From the NCBI RefSeq assembly GCF_037042905.1, contig NC_087245.1, positions 27,282,001 through 27,346,000 of the forward strand: a stretch of 64,000 nucleotides of DNA, in the 5' to 3' direction. Origin of the DNA: Lytechinus pictus. Taxonomy: Eukaryota. Of the stretch, positions 15,070 through 27,900 are shown piece after piece. Numbering within the stretch: position 1 is the stretch's first letter; every line of letters starts with the position of its first letter. The translations under genes were made by a program, and so were the position numbers. Below the pieces are notes generated by a model, which saw only the letters and a list, made by a program, of their open reading frames with translations, was not told the origin of the DNA and made no database searches.

Positions 15070-15358
15070 CATCGACACTGTGCAGCACTCAACATAGTTG
15101 AGGTGAATAGGTACCCGGCAGGGTTATTTCCTTGAATGCACGAGCACTGAAAGGCAGCTCGCTCCTGCATTCAAGGAATTAATCCTGCAGGGTACCCATT
15201 CACCTCACCTGGGTTGAGAGCTGCAGGATTAATTCTTTGAATGCACAAGCGCTGAAAGGCAGCTAGAGCTAAAGCCGGGGTAATAAAAATAACAATGCGC
15301 CTCGGAATAGATAGTTTCTAGATAGATGGCGCTATACAAATGCCTATCGTTATTATTA
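15070..15358 (+). mobile_element. SINE (5'-truncated) with internal inverted duplication
   Basis: Shares gaggtgaat(a/g)ggtaccc core and gcgctata(c/t)aa...(tat)n tail with the copy at 39691-39883 and the related one at 27483-27768. Confidence 0.65.
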
Positions 15359-15822
15359 CATAGCTAAATCTATGAAAGTAGTCATCAGCACCCCCTTTGT
15401 TTTTATTTTTTCTTTGTGCCCCCTCTCATTTCTAATCATGGATCTGTCACTGCATTTAGTAAACTTTGCCCAAGTGAAAACTAACGTTTACACAGAGTTC
15501 ATTGTTCCAGTCAGATTATTCAATTACCTTGTGGGTGTTTTATAAAGCTGTTCACAAGTTAAGAGTGACTTTCAGAACGTGAATGTGAACCTCTCATACA
15601 CGCTAAATAATCACCAATGAACATTTAATGGCGAATATTAATTACAAGGATCACCAATCACTCTTAAATTACAGACAGCGTTATGAAACAGCCCCCTGAA
15701 TTAACAATGGTAGGTTTGAACCCAGTGTTCTGAAACCCTCTCTACGTAGATTTCACGTATTATCTACGATTAGTTCAGTGCATATATTTGAAGAAAAATA
15801 ACAGTCTATTAACAACTACATA

Positions 15823-16278
15823 TGGGCAATTCCATAGGTTGGTGGACATGAGCTCAATGTGTCTTTGTACATATAGCCCATCTGAACCGTAACGTGAGTA
15901 ACCACTTTATCTGAACCCCTAGTAAAAACCATGTGTTCTTTATTTTTTAAGTATATACAAATTTGTCTCCCTAATATACTTCTTTGAAATGGATATAATC
16001 AACTTTCATAAAAGCCTTGCATGAGGACACTTCACTTATGTCCACTTTTCATTTTATGCATGTCCAAATCATGTAACATGAGTAACCGACACATTTCAAA
16101 GATTTGCCAGGAGCATAATGAAATTTCCCAAGTTTTGTTTTTATACAAAGGATAGTCAGACTGCGTACTCTGTTGTGATAAAGAGATGTTTAGTTCCTAT
16201 CAATAATAATGGAGTTACAGCTCCAAGTATGAGTCAAGGTGTCTCCAAATGTAACGTGAGTAACCGTGGAATAGCCCA
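15823..16278. mobile_element. Non-autonomous DNA transposon, TA-flanked
   Basis: TIRs tgggcaattcca / tggaatagccca flanked by TA; internal repeated gtaacgtgagtaacc. Confidence 0.65.
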
Positions 16279-17393
16279 TATACTTTTGTAACAGCATGCT
16301 AAAGTCATGCTTTGTTCTGAGTAATAGAGAGGAAGACAGGAAGAAAGAGGGGGGGGGGGGATAGCGATGGAAGAAAGAGAAAGGGAGGAAGACAGTTGGG
16401 GGATATGTGGAGGGAGGATAAAGAAAAATGAATGAGGGGAAGGGGAAAGATATGTTTCTGATGATGAATTATTTGCAAGAAGAGCATTTAATGGATAGAT
16501 GATGAAAAGTTACCTATCCTGCAGAAAGAAATGGGAAATGTAAAATAGATGAATGGATACAGATACGCATAGATGAGGGACATATTCAGCAAATAGCAGT
16601 CCAATAATGCACAAATCCATCATTGAAACTTTCTATTTGATATTTCAGTCACTCTGGAGGCACCCCCCCCCCCCCATGAAGTGGCCAAACTTTACAACTA
16701 GAGAGCAGTGATACCTGACTTCCATCTCTACTCTTGCTCGATTTCTTGTTCTCTCCTCCAAACTCTCTCCCAGGCCATCTGCTAATGGATATGTGTGAGG
16801 GTGTGTGTGTGTTTGGGGGGGGGGGGTGGAGATGGGAGATGGAGGCTCAAATTATCACTTTCATGTTGCTTTCACTGGTTGACCAACGAAACAATTCTTT
16901 TGCAGGATGACTATCTGCCGTAGGACTACTCGCACAAGTTAGAACACATAAGTGTACAGAAACAAACCCAGATTTTAATGAATATAGTTAGTGCACCGGC
17001 CCACTATGCATTCCATTTGACAGTTTTTCTACAGGAATTCAATATCGAGCATGATCGACCTTCATATTTCGTAACCATACAGGTATCTGCAAATTTCCCA
17101 TGATGCAATGCTGCCTGTGATCATTATACCGATAACGCAGGATCTAGCCTCTATGCTACAATGTCATGGTCCTCCTGTTATATCAAGAAATAGTTTGGGA
17201 AATAGGAGGGGAAAAAGATAAATTGACATAAGAATGGTTTTGAGCTTATTAGGAGGTATTGAGATAAATACTAGAGTGTTTCATGAAGTATCTTGTCAGT
17301 AACTTTATTCTCTCTGAGCCAATCATATGCAAGGATTTTAGTAGCTTATAACACTAGTCATTTACCATTTATTTCATGAATGCTCCCCAGTGC

Positions 17394-17977
17394 TTAAAGG
17401 GATGGTCCAGGCGGGAAATATTTATATCTCAATAAATAGAGTAAAATTCACAGAGCAAAATGCTGAAAATTTAATCAAAATCGGATAACAAAGTTATTGA
17501 ATTTTAAAGATTTGCATTATTCCGGTGAATCAGTTCTAGGCATGTCATATGAATATTCATTAGGTGGGCTGACGTCATATCCCCACTTGTTATTTTGTAT
17601 TTTATTATACGAAATTAGGTTTATTCAAAAAATTTCTACCAAGAACTAAAACAATTGGATTGACAACTGATTAAGTGCATTAGTTATTTATTGCCACAAC
17701 TTACTTCATCATAATGGGGACACATCATTTACACATGTATGAAACATGATTTCATGTAATAACATAAGAAAAAGGAAAGTGGAGATGTGACATCATCAGC
17801 CCACCTAATGAATATTCATGACAATGTGCATATAACCTTTTTCACAAAATATTGATTTAAAATTCAATAACTTCTTTATTTATTATCTGATTTTGATGAA
17901 ATTTTCAGCATTTTGCTCTGTAAATTTTACTGTATTTATTTAGATATAAATATTTTCAGCCCGGACCATCCCTTTAA
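17394..17977. mobile_element. Kolobok-like non-autonomous element (TTAA target)
   Basis: ttaaagggatggtcc ... ggaccatccctttaa with long imperfect TIRs; same family at 37903 and 42457. Confidence 0.8.
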
Positions 17978-19887
17978 GGAATCATCTCCTTGTCCAAAAT
18001 GAAAATAACTATCAACAAGTTCATAGTGCAATTAAGCTGTTAGAAAAAACATGATTTAAAAAAAATCCTAACTTGACAGATCATCATTAATTGTCATGTG
18101 GTGATATGATGATGTGCCTATTATCATGAACATATTTGTATCTTTAAAAAAATGTTAATTGCACAATTCAGCCAGTGGCTGCGAGATACAATTTGAAATA
18201 AACCACGAATAATAATAAAGCCATGAAAAAATATCCTAAAAATCTCTATTTTACACCTTTCTACATGTTTTATAATTTTTTTTCAGTTGGTTTCAAAGCT
18301 TTTGAGTAAATGAATAGATCTTACATGTATCTTCACTTTGATTTTTTTTTGCTCACAATATCACCCACATACGTGTATACTACCAGACATTTATCATACT
18401 GATATTCCAACAATAAATGGCCACCTTTGATTAGATTAGAAAAACAGAATTAAATATTGGAAGAGATGATTATGCACAAAAGTAGAATAACTTGAAATCA
18501 GTGAGAAAATGCCAATTTACAGTGAGTGTATAGAGTAAATTAGTGGTGAGCCTGAAAATAAAGATTTATGTAGTAAAGAGAAAAGATTTCATGACCACAT
18601 TTACAAAGAAATAGCTGTAAGGGATTATGTATTGGATATATAGAAGAGCAAACAAAGACCAGAGAAATTATGACATCTTTTCAAGTTTAGTGATGAAGCA
18701 TCCATTTCATTAGCATTATCCCATAACCCTAAAGGCAAGGTTAAGGCTTTACTTGCAGCCTGTAAACGTAAGCAAATTAAACTTGAAGCTTTTCACTGCT
18801 TTGTGAAATGTAGCATTTGGAAGCAGTATTTACCTTTATTTTATGTTTGTAGCTACTAAATCAAGGAATTTCAATTCTTAAAAAAAGTAGGAGACAAGAA
18901 TGGTAAGGTGTGACTCATACAATATCACATTTTGTAATTTTTTGATTGCATCGAAATTTGTACATATTTTGTTCAATTGAAGGTATGTTTTATGTATTCA
19001 GTTGTTTCTGTATTTGATAGTATGAGCTCTGTGAATCTTGCATGTATTACATGATGGTTCTAGTCAACTTTGGTATGTTAAAGAGAAATAGTTAATATCA
19101 CTTTCAGCTACATGTATATGAATACACAGTATTACTATCCATTCTCACCTATCATCAACCACTCTCATCCCGCTACATATATTGAAACAAAATAAGAAAT
19201 TTGTTAATCATCATAAAGGCCACAAAAGATAATCTTGACTTACGCACAAAACCCGATTATGATCTTTTATCTATGACTGATACACTTATGTGAGATTTCA
19301 AAAATGTGTGTTTGTTATGTTGAATATATATATATATATATATATCTTCCTTTCCGAACATCCCAATAATGTCTACCTCATGTGGGAACCTTGCTATGTC
19401 TCGTCTTCTGCTGGAAATATTCATGTAAGAGAAAAAAATCAAAAGCGTTTTGAGTACAGCAATCATTGTGTGATAGTATGACCAGATTGGAGGCAAGATG
19501 GATGGTAACTCAACAGCACGCAACCATAAATCACTCAATGCATGTATCGTGTGGAATATACCATATTCATGAAATTGTAGTCAAAAGGCGCTTGCACACC
19601 AAGTACTGGCCAGGAAACCAAATCAAATTGCTTGCAGAATGGTTCCAGTAGGTCTGGAATCGATTGGTGTCAACAGACTCTTCAGAGTATTGTACACAAA
19701 AATTCTTTAAAAAAAAAAAAGATTCACACCACCAGACTGAGAGCTGAACAATATTTGGTGTACAGGCGACTTTAAAAGGGACGGGTGGGCCGCAGACTTG
19801 ATATTGGGGGGGGGGGGGGGAGAAATTAAAATTGATCTAACACGCTTTTCTATTGTCCTTTTCCAATATTATACACCTTTTCCCTTA

Positions 19888-20038
19888 TACCTCGGTCACA
19901 TTTACTCTACGGCGGCCGTATGGTGAGTCGAAAACAGCTGTTTTAACACTTTTCATACCAACTATACATAGGTGGTTCGAATAAAAATGAATAAAACGGC
20001 TGTTTTCGACTCCCCGTAGAGCAAATGTGACCGAGGTA
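19888..20038. mobile_element. Harbinger-like hairpin MITE (TTA TSD)
   Basis: TTA|tacctcggtcacattt ... aaatgtgaccgaggta|TTA; nearly the whole element is self-complementary. Confidence 0.75.
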
Positions 20039-23000
20039 TTAGGGACAAGGATGCCCCTATATGTCAGTGCTCCTCAACCTATTTATCACTAACAGCGAGG
20101 CAATGAATTAATTCAAGTCAGGTTTTATGAATATGAGCTATGATTTCAAATAAAATCTATAATAAGCCTAGTCATCACCAGCAAGTTGACAACTAGCCTT
20201 ATAAGCTCCATGAATATGGGCACACATTTTTAATTCATCGCTCACATCCACAAAATCCTTGAAAAAAAAAAAATCAAAGCCATTTTCTCCATTCTCATAT
20301 GATCTAATGCAATGAGCATGAAAATGAAAAGTTAATTTTAAATAACACTTGAAATCCCAAGCAATACTAGGTTCTTCACAATATATTCAATTCAATATGA
20401 ATATCATTTTATATACTCTCAAAAGAGAGAGCTGAGGCAAAAAAGCATGGCATAATAATAACATCACACATAGAAAAAACAACATTCCTTTATTTTCTTC
20501 AATAGAAATATATAAAAGAGTTACATCTAAGATTCACATCACTACCCATCACATGAGTATATTTGAAAAAGACAATAAGTTTGTAAAAGATCAAACTTAA
20601 GATATAAATATTTCAAGAATTATTATAAATAAACCACATCCAGAATATGAATCAATGTTTCATAGATACTGGTTCATGACTTTAAAAAAAATCAACATAG
20701 CTAATCTGCGGTGAACACTCATCAATGAAATCAAAGCAATTAAGAAATTTTTCATATCAGCCGCTCCACCATTACACAGGAAATAAATGCAGATTGAAAT
20801 GACCTGCCTTTCAAGTGCATCAGGATTTGCAGGCAACCTAACAGGAATTTTACAACTAAATGAACCAAGCAATAATTAAATTTCATATTAGTGACGTCGG
20901 ATTATGTAAACCTTAATATGCACCAAATTAGCATTTATTGAATTAGTGTATTACTAATATACATGTATTAGACAGATAAACCTGATATGGTACTTAACAT
21001 GAATAACAAAAAGGCTATCTTCATATATAACGAAAGACAACATAAATATTTCTACTGCAGCTAGCTAAATATACGTATTGTTTTTTAACATTTCAGCATC
21101 ATATGAAAACAAAAAAAAGCTATTCCAAGAACTTAAATAAATCAGCAAAAGATAAAAAGTAACCTAAATTTAAGAAAGTGTTCTCAGGCTTCTGATTTAT
21201 AACATTTCAAGGTGGATTTTTTATTCAGATTAGTCTATATTCTCTTTGTTTTCAATCACTGGATTCATGAGGCAGCTTCAAATGTTAAATTATTATTCAT
21301 TCCCAAATTTCATGACTTGTGTTATGTACCATAACTTTTCCTTACAAATTTCACCAAATCTGGTTGGACAAAACTTGTAATGGACAAAAATATAATCTCA
21401 AATTCTTTTGAAACTAATTATACACACTGAATCCTGTCCCATGCTAAAAATACAAAATGTCAAACAAGCAATTTGTTACAAACCTGTGATATAGATGTAT
21501 ATGTATCTTAAAATTGTCAATCACATGGATAAAGTGCAGTCGCATGCATGCGAATGTATATATATGCATTTCCCTGAATCAATGATTGACTTTGTACGAT
21601 TTGGTATCACTCTTTTTTTCCTAGACTATATTACATCAATCTTCAACACAATAAAAAAGCAAGTGGAATTAGAGCGGGGTTCTCTGACACCCGCTCCAAT
21701 CTCTGAAAATGGAATTTCATTTCCCTGACTAAAATTGAGGTTGATTTTTCAATGGAATCTACTGCAAATGGATAGTCTACAGAATTACATAACTACAAAT
21801 ATATGCTTTACTTTAACAACTACCCCTTATATACTGTAGGTGTAACCGATTACTTATTTGGTAACATAAATCTCAAGGCGGACCCAAGGTTAGTAAAGTC
21901 GACATATTTTTCAACCCTTGCTTGACGTGCATTTGAATAAGAAACCGTTCATATGACTGAGCCTTGTATTGACTGCTGGAATTTTACATAACATTCCATC
22001 ACCATGATGAAACTGTACAATTATAAATGTCCAGCTTTCATAACACACTCGAATGCAGATTTAATATTAGTATCATTATAACTACCAGACAATTTCTATA
22101 GTCCTGCACAAAACCAGAAGTGTAGCATTCACTCATCAATTCATTCAACACAAATTTATAATCTTAAAATTAATACGACACATATACCCTGTATACTTTA
22201 AAAGGAAGATTAAAACAAATAATTCAATGAACTGAAAAATAGAATGATTAATGGAAGAATACACACAATTATATAATAAAATATTCCCCCTTTTTTGCTG
22301 ATAAAAGAAAGGTTCTAACACATATATTTCAATCTTCAAGTGATTACTGATAAATCTACTCTCACTCATGGCACGCGCAGGTCTACTTTTGCAGGAACAG
22401 ATTATATCAAGAGATTTAATGTGGAATAAACATGGGCTACAATCGTGAAGATTAAAGTAGCAATTTCCTCCAAATTCTTCCATGCGCTTTGTATTTTTTA
22501 AAGAAAAGGTGCTACAGAAATTTTATTACTATTATACACTTTTTTTACATAACATTGACAATGAGCAAACATTCTGAATTTCATAAAATTGATATCAGGG
22601 GCCCGTAGCAGGAAGAAATGCATTCAAACAAAACATGAATTGCTAGTTGCGATCAATCACAAGTATGTATTTAGAACTTGCTTTGTTTTCAGAATTGCAA
22701 TTTAAAGCAGCTCTTTAAGCAACCCCCTTCAATTACTTGACCCTTAGTAACTACATTTGTATGCTGGGGGAGGGGCACAGGCATTTGAATTTTTTAAATT
22801 TATTGTGTGACCTTTATTTTTTTCTTTTGAATCTTACTCATCTTTGGAGACCAACAATCATAAAATACTGGGTATCATTTATTTCACATGAATATTGCTC
22901 AAACTAGATCAAAGATAAAATCAAATGAAAGAATTTCAATATTATGTTTTCAGCCTCAAGTCATATTTGTATGACAACGTTTTGCTTCTTCTTGAATAAA

Positions 23001-23489
23001 TTTAGACTTTCATCGACTGCAACATGTAAGCAACAAATGAATATACAAGAGCCCCACCCCATCCTCATAAGGTTCAAACTTCTTTTCATATTTCTATTGA
23101 AGTATTACACAAAAAATATTCATTCTTTCTATCTAGATTTAAAATAAGGCGGGGCATCAACAAAAGGCAAAGGAATTTAGCGTCACAACAGTCATGTTTA
23201 AAAATAATAATCAAAATATGTATTTTGGCAAAGATACAAAAGATAAAATGTATGTGTCACACTTGACAAGCACATAAACACTAGCTTTAACAGTGCTTTA
23301 TAACAGTATATGAAAGCATGCCATAAGAAATATTATAATCTTCAATGCGATTCAAAATTTCAAATATAATTTTTTCCACTGTAGAATATCTAAAATATTT
23401 CTGTAATTGCATCCATAGTTACCTATATTAGGTAGAAGCTTAACTTACTGTACCATCCACCCTCTGTGCGAATAGACAAGTTTTGAAAG

Positions 23490-24262
23490 TTAACCCTAAT
23501 TCTCCCGGGGGGGGGGGGGGGGCCATTATGGCCCCCCCCTCGACAATTTTCGCGATATATTTGCTGCGCAAAATTTTTTGACCTCGCCGCTCACTGACTT
23601 TTTACTTTCAAGTCTCGCGCAAATTTTGAGACCAAATTTGTGACGCCCAGGTACGCGGTTACGACATTACGCAACATTATGTAAGTGCATGTCAGACCCA
23701 AAATTGCTCATAAACGTGATTTCATGTACAAATCCAATGCAAATTGTGTATTTGGCCAAAATTCATAAATGTATCATTATTTCTACTTTTACTGATTAAA
23801 CTGAATCAATTTTGCCTTGTTTATGATCAGAATTAAGTCTGGAACGATTTCCATCGAAAAAACAATAAAAAACAAAAAGTAAAAAAACAGGGAAATACAT
23901 AAGAAATTTAAAAAACAATAAAATACATAAGAAATCGGTCTTGGTACCATAATTTTTTTCATTCACAATTGTTAGGAACGCTGTAAAGAATATTTTTACA
24001 AAAAAATAGCATTCTAGGAGCTTTATTTAGTGAATCAGAGCAAAAAGTATGATTTCATGAATAAATTAGCATAATTAATTCATATAAAATAAAAATATAT
24101 GAATTCAGTGAAATTTACCTATTACGTCATTCTCTACCATCATGCAAATTTTCGGTGTGATCGCGCAATCCACGGCTGAGATCTTAAGGGGGGGCCATAA
24201 TGGCCCCCCCCCCCCCCCCGGGAATGACAAGAATCAAAATACCCCGGGAGATTGAGGGTTAA
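23490..24262. mobile_element. piggyBac-like non-autonomous element
   Basis: TTAA|CCCtaattctcccggg ... cccgggagattgaGGG|TTAA; subterminal IR ggggccattatggcccc / ggggccataatggcccc. Confidence 0.8.
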
Positions 24263-24812
24263 AGGACCGATCAAAATAAATGACCCACAAAACATATAAC
24301 TAGTTATCAAGACAGCATATTTTGCATATATCCAATACATCACAAGTAACTTGTGTATCACGATCCATACATCTTAAATTATTATAAATAGGCCTACTGT
24401 ATATAAAAAAACATATTTCAAATATAGTGGTTGTAGACAAAATCAATGTTATATTTTGCTGATCCACATACCTGACAAGATAAGGTTAAAGACTAAAAGA
24501 AATAGGGAAAGAGAGAGAGGAGACAGTGAGAGAGAGAGAGAGAGAGAGAAAGAGGGGGGGGGGGGAGTAAAAGATGAGGAAGGTATAACATTAGTCACAT
24601 AAATACCATCATCATATATTTGTATAAATATTGTAAGTAATACCTCTACCTCACATAGATTATCTCTGCCACAGCTCTATTTATCATCTATAAAAATGTA
24701 TTAATCTATGAAATTAAATAAATGTAGGTGTTACACATCAGTCAATAAACAGCAAACATGGCATGAGATAATGAACCATGCACCACCCTGTGTAGGAATC
24801 ACAGCATTGTAT

Positions 24813-24923
24813 TTATACTCCACCTCCACTCCTGTAGGTCGGTATCAGTTTACGCTCCCACTTGTTGAGCGCCAGCTCCAGGCGAATGTTGGCCATTGCG
24901 CCAGTCTTTATTGCACTCATGAG
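24813..24923 (-). CDS. GPD2: GPD2 coding exon 15 (LMSAIKTG...RSGGGV*)
   Basis: ctttag acceptor, TAA stop. Confidence 0.93.
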   Translation of the reverse strand, partial: LMSAIKTGAMANIRLELALNKWERKLIPTYRSGGGV

Positions 24924-27900
24924 CTAAAGAAAAGAAAAAAAAAGATTCTATGAATTAGCCTTAAAATGCATTCAATTATTAACTTTATGCTAAATTCTTG
25001 TCAGAAAATTTAAGTAATATTTTTTGTCAAAGGTTATTAGTGCTGTGGTCGATAGGCCTCATATCGACATTGAGGTCGACATTCGAAGGATTTTCAATGA
25101 TTCCGACATGTCGACATGCATGCACCCACATCGACATGTAAACAAAAAAATAAAAAGGGGTCTATCCTAAACCTCACGAGTGTAAAGCTTACCTGAAAAG
25201 TTCAACATTAATTGGCGCGATTAAAAGCTTTATTCAGCTTAGCAGCGCATTAAAATAAGTGCGAGCTCGCCGAGCTGCGCGGCAGCAGAAATACGTCAGT
25301 GAGGGGCCAGCTTGCCCTAGTCGAACCCCCCTGATCCCGACGATCGCTCTAGACCTAGCTCTATGCATGCACGCGCACGTACCCATCCACGGAATTTTTT
25401 ATTGTCAATCTGAGGAGCTTGCGTTTGCAGCACATGTGTACCAGCGTATAATACGCAGTGATCACTGTTGTAATTAGTGATTCTCAAATTGGCTCCGAGT
25501 GTTATTGCGCAATGCTTTCGAGACCGGATTGTGGTACAAAAACTTGATTCTCCAGAAAAAATGTGGATTAAATCAGTGATTTTGGAAGTGAATTCACTCT
25601 AGCTTAGTGAAAATATGTTTTCTCGAACTGAGCCTGTATTATATAGATCTAGATCTAGTGTGAGGATATCACTCGTGTCAAGGTGAACACATTTGATTGA
25701 GAGTGTTATGTGCCGCAATCGAATGATTTTTTTTATGTTAGGGAGCATAGGCTGAATTACGGTCCCTTTTTCATGTCGACATTGTCGATGTCGGGATTAA
25801 TTTTTAAGCGTCATGTCGACATGGATTTTTGTTCCCGACAACAGCACTAAAGGTTATAGACCCCATCAGAGTCATGCATTTCTGCTTTTATAGTTACAGA
25901 GCTACATGTAAATTGTTCTTATAATTGATAAACTCAAATCATCATCAATTTAATTTTGGAATTTAACCATAAAGCAGAATTATGGCATGATTTTAGTGGC
26001 CATGATATCATCCCCTCTTCCCGAAGTTCCTCCAGTTAGAATTTATCTTTCTCTGAACAACTTATTGTTCATGTACCTATGTGCTTCGGTGCTTGTCTTT
26101 CACAGCACTTCTACAAATTCACCATCATTATCATTTTTCTGCTCTTGTGATAGAGTGTTTCATATCTAACGCTACGTACCTGTAGAAACTCGGTGAGTTC
26201 CACCCTGCCGTTCTTATTGCAATCCACTTCATTCATCATACTGCGTAGTTGATCTTCAGTCAAATCATCTCCAACACTCTGTCATAATACAGCAAAGGAA
26301 CCATCAATGAATAAAGAAATGTACATAAACACCAAGTGACAGAATAATCAACCTTTTGTATATTTCATCCCAGGGGAGTGTTTCATCAACATTTATGTCT
26401 GACAAGTTCTCAGATCTAACAACTTTCCTTGATTTTGATTGGCTGAGAAACCCTGTAACTATAGTAACTGTCGGATAAAACATATCTTGTCAGATAAAAA
26501 GCCGACAAGTCATTTCATGAAACGCTCCCCAGGTTTACTAAAAAAACAAACCCAACTTTACCACCATTTTGTCCATTGAGTAATGGGTCCTTTTATCCGA
26601 CTGACCGTATGCTGATCCCTATATACCCTCTTCAAACTCTGTTTGGTGGGGGTATTAATATAACAGATAACAGCTAAAACAATTTGGGTGTAGTACTATA
26701 CATGCTTATCTGTGTGCAGAACATGTGACTTCCAAAAGAATTGAGTCAATTAGTATTCACTTTGGTGATTCCATTTACGTACAGCAAACACCAATTCTTT
26801 GTTGCTTTATAAACAGCCTTTTTCAATCTACACCAAAAAATGATCAGTATATGGGCTCAGTTGAAAAGCTAATTGTACTTGTAATTGCACATGAAAGATG
26901 ACCAGTTACCTTTAAGAATTGTCTCATGTCATTAGGAGTAATGTATCCTTTCTTCTCTTTGTCCAACATCTGGAAACGCTTGGTGTATTTCTCCTTCTCT
27001 CCCTCTGTGAAGTTGATAGGTACAGTCATGAGCTCAGCTCGGCAATTGTATCCCATCTCCTCATTCAGAAATTTCCGTCCATTGGCAAGCTCCAGCTGTA
27101 GAACATAAAACAAAGGAAAACATTGTAGCATCTTACTTAATCTTAATACTGAAAGGCTTCAAGCATTTTACAAAGGGTTAAGTGTCATGGTGTAGCAGTT
27201 CTGACTCTCGCCTTGATATCAAAGGGTCATGACCATTGACTGGGTAATAATAATTACAATGTAAGGTGGTTAGAAACACAAAGTATTAAATGCTATATAA
27301 ATATAACAATTATTATTATCTATTATTATCAAGCCTGATTTGTTTATGTGCCAACGCACACAAGAATATTGATTGGTATCCTGAAGAGTATGTCTATTGA
27401 GCATAATCTGACTAAAGTGGTGATTGGTTTTACACCAAACACCTGTAGGTAAAAAAAAAGTGTAATTTCAAGAAAGTTGTGTGTTCGAATCCCACCACTG
27501 TCTGGCGTCCTTTTGCAAGGCGTTAATCCACACTTTGCCACTCTCGACCCAGGTGCTAAATGGGTACCCGGATGTGAAAGTCATTGTAGCTTGTCCAGTA
27601 CTGTGTGCGCCTCACAAGCGACTGACTGGAATATTCCCCAGGGAGTGGAGGATGTGCACACATAGTGTGCGGGAATGACTGAGGTAATGATACATCTGTA
27701 GAGCGCTTAGACACATCGTTCTGATATATCAAGCACTATATAAAAGTGGATAATTATTATTATTATTAAATCTGTGAAGCACCACTAGGTGCAAAAGACA
27801 CACCCAACACTAAGCAGCATTTCTAGCATTCAGGCAACCCTCCCCCCAAAAAATAGACACCCCCCAAATTATAAAAAGTCAACCATTGGGTTCTCCTTTT

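Noticed and set aside
24730..24815. GPD2 stop-codon readthrough extension
   Set aside because: TAA-A is a poor readthrough context and the extension has no targeting motif.
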